Below, in pieces: positions 1 through 5,894 of a DNA stretch of 5,894 nt. This stretch comes from Octopus sinensis. Taxonomy: Eukaryota. The position numbers and the translations under genes were made by a program. The notes beneath the pieces are model-generated. The model saw only the letters and a program-made list of their open reading frames with translations, was not told the origin of the DNA and searched no databases. Numbering within the stretch: position 1 is the first letter of the stretch; every line of letters begins with the position of its first letter. The DNA lies in contig NW_021829699.1 of the NCBI RefSeq assembly GCF_006345805.1, forward strand, positions 1-5,894, written 5' to 3'.

Positions 1-195
1 TTATGATGAAAGGACGGAGAAGGACGGGGAGTGTGAGGGGAGAGGAGGGGAGACTGTGAGGAAAGGGAAAGAGGGAGGATGAGGAAGATAGAAATGAATA
101 GAAAGAGAGTTGGTGGAAGAGAGGGGGGAAAGGAGATGGAAAAGAAGAAAGCAAGAGGGTGAGAGAGAGAGAGACTCCAAAGAGAGAGTGAATGG
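1..195 (+). repeat. Purine-rich (GA) low-complexity tract
   Basis: Almost entirely A/G on +, with G-runs at 26-29, 37-40, 47-50, 65-67 and 73-75 and a short (GA)n near 161-174. Confidence 0.85.
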
Positions 196-221
196 GGCTA
201 GCAAGAATAGGGATTTTCCTG

Positions 222-234
222 TCTATCTTTCTAT

Positions 235-299
<65 letters not shown>

Positions 300-317
300 A
301 TCTATCTACCTACCTAC
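222..317. repeat. (TCTA)n tetranucleotide microsatellite
   Basis: 15 perfect TCTA units at 238-297, with degenerate edges (TCTT/TTTA left, CCTA right). Confidence 0.97.
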
Positions 318-787
318 ATCAGTATGGTTACTTCTTTAAAAATCCATCCTTTACTTATCCTCATCAGTCTATTTCGCAACATATCTATTTATCTATCCAT
401 CTACACAGCTCTACGCTCTTTTCTCGCTCATCTCTCTCCCTCTCTCTCTCTCTCCTTCTCTCTCTCACCTCCCTATAATCAGTTAGATTAGATGCAGATA
501 TAAAGTGTCTTTTGTTCGGTCATTTTTGTAATTATCTCTCGTCTCAGCTGGATTAGGGGACTCCATAATATGTGAGAAAAGAGGGTCTAGCTCATCCCTA
601 GGGATCAGTCAACGTCAACAATTGTCTTCTGCAAGAGGGGAATGTTTGTTTCTGGCACGTTTCCAATACAATAGGGAGCTTGAAGAGTGATGCCGGACAT
701 GGCGCAGTATTATGTACAACTGCCGTGGCTGCGCATGTGTGTACATAGCACGTGTACATGCAATATACACATAAAGTACATAACTTC

Positions 788-788
<1 letters not shown>

Positions 789-818
<30 letters not shown>

Positions 819-822
819 CTAA

Positions 823-908
<86 letters not shown>
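789..908. repeat. Compound microsatellite (TCTA)7 ... (TC)19(TA)21
   Basis: TCTA x7 at 789-816, TC x19 at 829-866, directly abutting TA x21 at 867-908. Confidence 0.97.
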
Positions 909-911
<3 letters not shown>

Positions 912-1240
912 ATATCTACACATATATATACATATATATATACATACACGCACACACCGCACAAGCACGTTAACATACATATATACACATTGAGACACGA
1001 ATATGCATATGCGTGTGCATACACCCCATATGTATATACATATACATACATACGTATGGATGTACCTGCAAGGAAAGCTTAGTGTAGTCGTCTTATTTTC
1101 GACACATATGCGAGCATCATACAGATATACACACAGGCGCACGTACACGCATACATACGTATGTGTTTATATATGTGTGTGTATGTGTAAGTGTGTGTGT
1201 GCGTGCGTGTGTTTGTGTGTGTGTGGCTTCGTTTATATAT
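909..1240. repeat. Degenerate CA/TA/TG dinucleotide-rich block
   Basis: Interrupted (CA), (TA), (TACA) and (TG) runs throughout. Confidence 0.8.
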
Positions 1241-1514
1241 GAGTTGGTACACCGATTATTCCCTCATATCTAATGGTTTTGTGCGGTCAGTGTTAATCTA
1301 CTGTACACCTTAGTGGGTCTGAAATAACAGAGCCGCAGTCGCTGTATTTCACGGGACTGGATGCTTTTTGCTTGGTCGTGTGATTAGCTGTTAGTTTTGT
1401 CGATGGCATTCTTTTGGACGGGTAGCAATACACAATTTTGCTTTAGAGTTAATCTCGTGAAAGGCTGTGTGGCCGGTGGCGTGGATTCACAAGTGGTTGG
1501 ACACGTGTTTGCCC
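1240..1514 (-). mobile_element. Possible 3' UTR / pseudo-LTR of the PLE relic
   Basis: Non-microsatellite sequence directly downstream (minus sense) of the PLE stop codon, separated only by ~20 nt with an AATAAA (1547-1542) and a (GT)10 tract. Contains an imperfect hairpin at 1321-1350. Assignment is by position only. Confidence 0.3.
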
Positions 1515-1534
1515 GTGTGTGTGTGTGTGTGTGT
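1515..1534. repeat. (GT)10 microsatellite
   Basis: Perfect run just 3' (minus sense) of the PLE stop codon. Confidence 0.95.
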
Positions 1535-1555
1535 GATAACATTTATTGTTTTCGT

Positions 1556-2280
1556 CTAGTCACCAGAGATGAGCAGAAACTTTGATACATGGTGGCAAGC
1601 TGAGATAAGATTGAACGTTTCGCCTCGGACTGGGGCTGAGTGATGGATAACGTTGAGTTTCTTATGAGTCGGATGTCTATATGATTGTCCATGGGATGCA
1701 TTGCTTATTTCATCATTATCTGTTATTGAAATGAGTTTGGAAAGGGCTGTGAATTTTTCCAGATGCTAGAGGTGAATGAGCTGAGGCATTGCTGCAAGGG
1801 ACTTACGAATACAACTCTTCATAGACTCACATGACCAGTTGTTGGAGGACACATAAGCGCAATAGTCTGTTCTTTCAAGGCATTTGACTTTTAAGAGGGA
1901 ACCCGCCATACTACGACGGTCGCAGGTAACTTCGCAATTCTGCTGGTAGTGTTACCGTAGAATACATGAGTTATGGCTCCTCACGATGCTAGACACCTTT
2001 TCATTGAGCTTCTTCAATTCAGTTTATCTTTTATGAATTTCGAGTTGAATAATTGGTGACCGGGTGTCCATTCATGTGGGGTTTACTGATGAGTATGTGT
2101 TAGAGGAAATTCTTTGGAAAAAAGTTTTTAGGTTGATGATCTGTGGTGGGACATACCGTATGACATTCTTCTTTGATGAGCCAGTGGAGCGGTTGTTCTT
2201 GTCTTCGGTGTGTGTTTGAATTTCCTTGGATATTCAGTGCTTTGCAGTGCCCCACCGTGGGATCTTGAGGTGTTAGTGAA
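1556..2280 (-). mobile_element. Decayed Penelope-like retroelement (PLE), 3' part of ORF: RT thumb/linker, Zn motif and GIY-YIG-type endonuclease; Naiad-like
   Basis: Manual minus-strand translation gives ordered motifs matching the PLE consensus as I recall it. FTNTSRSHGGALQSTEYPRKFKHTP (2280-2206; cf. FxxxxxxYxxALxxSGY). KKNVIRYVPP (2173-2144; cf. RNIIWYNPP). SSIVRSHN (1993-1970; cf. SIIxSHN). CDRRSMAGSLLKVKCL (1924-1877; decayed CxCx5CPLxGxCL). DYCAYVSS (cf. VYxAxV). TALSK (1750-1736; cf. STxLSKHIW). LISACHHVSKFLL (1609-1571; cf. ELISKCRHxxKFLL), then TAG at 1558-1556. In-frame stops at 2074, 2026, 1954 and 1768, plus frameshifts and deletions, mark it as dead. Confidence 0.82.
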
Positions 2281-2358
2281 CGGAAACTACTTAAAGGTGT
2301 GTGCGCACATGTTTATGTGCACGTGTGTGTTTATCTGCATTCATAATATATCACTATA

Positions 2359-2361
<3 letters not shown>

Positions 2362-2395
<34 letters not shown>
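2362..2395. repeat. (GT)17 microsatellite
   Basis: Perfect run. Confidence 0.96.
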
Positions 2396-2397
<2 letters not shown>

Positions 2398-2680
2398 TGC
2401 GTTTTCAATTTGATAAATATTTTGGCTGAAACTCAAGTTTTGGAATCACTCCTGTAGCATTCTACTGTATGAAAAGAGGTCTGTGATTGAGTCATAAGTA
2501 TAAAACAACATGGTCACACACACGCACACACACACACGCTCCCCCCCCCCACACACACATAGTGGTATAACATGCATATAATACAATTTACTGAACCTTC
2601 AGATTTTTATATGCTTGACCACTGGTGTGAAATTGATGTTAATTAAACTAATATCCAATTTCTCACCCTCGTTTTAAATT

Positions 2681-2724
2681 TATATATATATATATATATA
2701 TATAGATAGATAGATAGATAGATA
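2681..2724. repeat. (TA)12(GATA)5 compound microsatellite
   Basis: TA run at 2681-2704 followed by GATA x5 at 2705-2724. Confidence 0.95.
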
Positions 2725-2889
2725 TATGTATACACACACCAACATACATATACTCATGCACAGCATGCACACACAGACATATACACAGGCACATGAGTCT
2801 TTTACCGTCGGGTGTTTAATCTTGCTTCTAAAATGTATGTTGTTGGTTTATTTTAGCATTGTGATATTTCATAAGTGTTGTCCCATCTC

Positions 2890-2970
2890 TAGTCACCAGT
2901 TGCTCCACCATTAATCACTGTTGCTCCATCATTAGTCATCTGTTATTTTATCATTAATCATCTGTTTTTT
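2890..2970. repeat. Degenerate 21/22-bp minisatellite, ~3.7 units
   Basis: TAGTCACCAGTTGCTCCACCAT / TAATCACTGTTGCTCCATCAT / TAGTCATCTGTTATTTTATCAT / TAATCATCTGTTTTTT. Confidence 0.85.
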
Positions 2971-3316
2971 GCGTGGAATCTACTTGACTATAGACGTGTT
3001 GTTCACTAAAGATTTTTCCCATCCGTTTTCCTTGTATTTTGTTGCATTACATCGCAATTGCTGTTTGTTATAAGTGCATAGTGAGTTGGCGTGGTAGTGT
3101 CATATATGTATGACCAATATAACAGATATCCACACAAAAACGAGAGATTAATAAGGTATGCATTAATCATAAAATATAAATTATATACAAAGACACCATT
3201 TAGCTTAGACACAGAAATAAACACCTTATGATGTATATGTTTAATAGTCAAATTCCGATGCTATTACGCTTACATATATGTATGTGTGTGCTGTGTGCGT
3301 GTGTGTACCCTTACTC

Positions 3317-3317
<1 letters not shown>

Positions 3318-3350
<33 letters not shown>

Positions 3351-3406
3351 TATATATATATATTGCATGTGTGTGTGTGTGGTATCTCTAAATATATATA
3401 TATATA
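3318..3406. repeat. (TA)15 plus interrupted TA/TG runs
   Basis: Perfect TA run at 3318-3347; further TA and TG runs up to the SINE tail. Confidence 0.9.
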
Positions 3407-3407
3407 C

Positions 3408-3800
3408 ATTCTTTTATTCTTTTATTTTTTTACTTGCTTCAGTTATTTGCCTACGGCCTTGCTTCAGCCTTTAGTCGAACAAATCGATCTCAGAACTAAT
3501 TCTTTGTAAGCCTAGCACTTATTCTATCGGTCTCTTTTGCCGAAATGGTAATTTGCGAGGACATAAACACACCAACAAGTGATGGTAGAAGCACAAACAC
3601 AGACACACACACGCACACACACATATATATATTATACACGACGGTCTTCTTTCAGTTTCTCTCTACCAAATTCACTCACAAGGCTTTGGTCGGCCCGAGG
3701 CTATAATAGAAGACACTTGTCCAAGGTGCTATGCAGTGGTACTCAACCAGGAACCATGTGGTTGGTAAGCAAGCTGCTTACCACACAATCACCCCTGCAC
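3408..3800 (-). mobile_element. Full-length tRNA-derived SINE (octopus OR/OK-type, CORE-like centre, RTE-type 3' end)
   Basis: Minus strand: A-box-like TGATTGTGTGG (3791-3781), B-box-like GGTTGAGTACC (3748-3738), CORE-like GCACCTTGGACAAGTGTC (3729-3712), internal CA/TA microsatellite (~3598-3638). The 3' body ends ...GAAGCAAGT, followed by the tail AAAAAAAT-AAAAGAAT-AAAAGAAT (3431-3408). About 390 bp; the family name is from recall, not a search. Confidence 0.88.
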
Positions 3801-3801
3801 A

Positions 3802-3802
<1 letters not shown>

Positions 3803-3845
<43 letters not shown>

Positions 3846-3904
3846 ACACACATATATATATATGTATATATATATGTATATATATACATTATACATAGAC
3901 ACAC
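3803..3904. repeat. (CA)19 plus TA/TATG microsatellite between the two SINE copies
   Basis: CA x19 at 3803-3840, then interrupted CA/TA runs. Confidence 0.93.
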
Positions 3905-4006
3905 ACGACCGGCGTCTTTCAGTTTCTGTCAACCAAATCCACCTACAAGGCTTTGGATTGAACCCGGGACCATGTGATTGGGAAGCAAGGTTCTTACCAC
4001 ACGGCT
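3905..4006 (-). mobile_element. Second SINE 5' part with ~50-bp internal deletion
   Basis: 3905-3956 aligns to 3638-3689 (TCTTTCAGTTTCT...ACCAAAT...ACAAGGCTTTGG) and 3957-4002 aligns to 3741-3786 (AACC...ACCATGTG...AAGCAAG...CTTACCACAC). The intervening 3690-3740 has no counterpart. B box GGTTCAATCC at 3964-3955. Confidence 0.85.
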
Positions 4007-4605
4007 GTATTTCTGCATGAATGTATATATAACATTTGTTGAAATGTGGGTGAAAAAGGACTCAATACATAAAGCATGCGCACAAAATATTTTCCTAGTT
4101 TGCCCCAGGAATGTCTCACGAGCCTAGAGGTTTGTGGTAAGTCATTTTTTAATATTTTTAAGTGTGTACATGTGTGTGTGCATGCGCACACGTGTGCATG
4201 TGTGAACGTCCGTGAGTCTGAACGTGTGTCAGTTTGTGTACGTATATATATGTGTGTGTGTGTGTGTCTGTGTGTGTGTATGTATGTATGTTGATGCTTT
4301 ATTCTATGTATAAATACACGTAGAAATCCTTAAGCCCCCACACCAACCCACTGCCACGCATGCGCATATGTCTGTGTGTAGTTCAATGCAGCTTGCTATG
4401 ATGCGCGCCTGCGTGCTGGTCTGCTTGTTATTTAGTGTGTTTATGCGCGCGCGTGCATGTGTGTGTGCGCGTTTGTATGTACGTGTGTTCGCCAAGTAAA
4501 ATCGATCAATGACGGAATTGGGCGTAAATGTCGGCCATTTTCTTGTGCAGCCAGCCAGCCAACAAACCAACCAACCAGTAAACATTAAAAATAAAAATAA
4601 AAAAG

Positions 4606-4818
4606 TCAATAAACCCGCCATATTGAAGTGGGATGAACCCGGTTGTGGGACGTCCCATTTGTCCAGTGTGTGTCTCACCCTTGCCATCCACGCCACAAAG
4701 CTAAATATTCTATTAACATTATTCCACATCCGCCACCCTACTCCCCCACACCTTTGCTCTTTTAGCATCAATAACACCGCAATATTGGAGTGGGACGATC
4801 CGAGGTTCGCCTTGGGAC
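4606..4818 (+). repeat. Imperfect direct repeat, 34-bp core at 162-bp offset
   Basis: TCAATAAACCCGCCATATTGAAGTGGGATGAACC (4606-4639) vs TCAATAACACCGCAATATTGGAGTGGGACGATCC (4768-4801): 28/34 identical. Both continue with GGTT...TGGGAC. Confidence 0.85.
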
Positions 4819-5148
4819 CAACCCAAAACTTGTAGCTTTATCTGTACCCTACCCCGCACGTCCCTTCCCACCACAACCTTCAAAACCCCCTCAACCAAAC
4901 CCGAACTCACCCTCCCCTATTCCTTGTTATTCCACCACCTGATGCTAACGAATATCTTAAATACCATCAGCATCGCCATTGCAACCATCACCACAACCAT
5001 CGCCCCCCCTCCCAACGCAACACTCCGCTTCTTAGTTTCATTACAAAACGAGAGTTAGATAGATAGATAGATAGAAAGAGGGGGAGAGAAGGAGAGGGAG
5101 AGAGAGCAGGAGAAAACTACAGAGCAGATACATACGGGGGTAGATCTA

Positions 5149-5155
5149 TACATAC

Positions 5156-5247
<92 letters not shown>

Positions 5248-5329
5248 ATATATATACACACATACATATATTTAATATATATATATATATTATGTATTTA
5301 TGTATATATATATATGTGTGTGTGTGTGT
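5149..5329. repeat. (TACA)n/(TA)24/interrupted TA/(TG)n compound microsatellite
   Basis: Perfect TA run at 5169-5216, flanked by TACA units on the left and interrupted TA then TG on the right. Confidence 0.95.
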
Positions 5330-5356
5330 ATTGGAAGGAGAGAAAGGATAAAAGGC

Positions 5357-5606
5357 ATACACACACATGTACATACACACACACACATGTTCATACACAC
5401 ACACACATGTTCATACACACACACACACATGTTCACACACACACACATGTTCATACACACATACATGTTCATACACACACACACACACACACATGTTCAT
5501 ACACACACACACACACACACATGTTCATACACACACACATGTTCATACACACACATGTTCATACACACACACACACATGTTCATACACACACACACACAT
5601 GTTCAT
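5357..5606. repeat. Minisatellite of ATGTTCAT anchors separated by variable (AC)n
   Basis: 12 anchors starting at 5367, 5387, 5407, 5429, 5447, 5465, 5493, 5521, 5539, 5555, 5577 and 5599. Confidence 0.95.
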
Positions 5607-5740
5607 AAAGGAAAGAGAGAAAGAAAATGCGCTTTGTTTCGTCGATCCTCTGCCTTCTCCCCTCCAGCATCCGATCCTGCAACTGTCCCTCTTGTCTTTT
5701 ACTCATACACACAGCTTTACTGGCTTGCTTCATGCACGCA

Positions 5741-5742
<2 letters not shown>

Positions 5743-5792
<50 letters not shown>
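5743..5792. repeat. (CA)25 microsatellite
   Basis: Perfect run. Confidence 0.96.
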
Positions 5793-5796
<4 letters not shown>

Positions 5797-5894
5797 GATG
5801 CGTAGATAGCTATACACACACATATACACGTACATATACAGCTCATATGCATATATACACACACACACATTCTTCTCTTGTCTTCGTCCACACT

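Noticed and set aside
1-1242. ORFs of 61-131 aa with YLSI/IYLS, SL, YI, RE and CV runs
   Set aside because: Direct translations of GA-rich, (TCTA)n, (TC)n, (TA)n and (TG)n tracts, which lack stops in some frames.
1877-1924. Selenocysteine recoding in the PLE zinc motif
   Set aside because: None of the four Cys-equivalent codons is TGA. The single in-frame TGA (2074-2072) lies in a frameshifted region, and I could not identify a SECIS.
2086-2109. Plus-strand CTGATGA...GAAA hammerhead core
   Set aside because: The intervening sequence cannot form stem II, and it is antisense to PLE coding remnants.
1556-2173. Four PLE anchor motifs share one reading frame, suggesting domestication
   Set aside because: Four internal stops are present, intermediate motifs lie in other frames, and conserved Cys/Trp residues are lost; the net frame agreement is probably coincidental.
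2248-2296. Candidate exon between TTTGCAG and AAG/GTGTGT
   Set aside because: It lies antisense within the PLE relic, and the donor merges into a GT repeat.
3126-3155. Candidate 30-nt exon ending at AAG/GTATGC
   Set aside because: The acceptor lacks a pyrimidine tract and the peptide (ISTQKREINK) is uninformative.
3579-3977. 132-aa ORF with an internally repeated peptide (SFSF...TRLW...PGTM)
   Set aside because: It is the antisense reading of the two SINE copies.
1555-4622. Isolated 11-mer matches (CTAGTCACCAG at 1556 and 2889; AACCCGCCATA at 1900 and 4612)
   Set aside because: A few such matches are expected by chance in 6 kb, and neither extends.
4304-4777. 157-aa minus-strand ORF
   Set aside because: Built largely from GGTT/GGCT, T-rich and CA/CG low-complexity segments, with no recognisable domain.
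5357-5606. CRISPR-like repeat-spacer appearance
   Set aside because: The repeat is only 8 bp, the spacers are pure (AC)n rather than unique sequence, there are no cas genes, and the context is eukaryotic.
5055-5868. ORFs such as the 163-aa His/Thr-rich (HTHMFI)n frame
   Set aside because: Products of the ATGTTCAT-(AC)n array and (CA)25; the period varies in steps of 2 nt, so no frame is maintained.

Overview
Repeat-dense eukaryotic non-coding DNA (intergenic or intronic), very probably from Octopus. That assignment rests on a tRNA-derived SINE resembling the octopus OR/OK-type SINEs as I recall them, plus extreme microsatellite density. No intact protein-coding gene, RNA gene or CRISPR array is supported; most ORFs in the track (YLSI, YI, HT, CV runs) are translations of (TCTA)n, (TA)n and (CA)n tracts. 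The main hidden element, missed by the ORF track, is a decayed Penelope-like retroelement on the minus strand (~1556-2280). It retains RT-thumb/linker, CxCx5Cx5C zinc-motif and GIY-YIG-type endonuclease remnants (Naiad-like), possibly with a 3' UTR/pLTR at ~1240-1514. Also present: a full-length SINE (3408-3800, -) abutted by an internally deleted second head (3905-4006, -), two minisatellites, and an old imperfect duplication (4606/4768) that translates to similar peptides in one frame. I see no convincing evidence of a new biological system.
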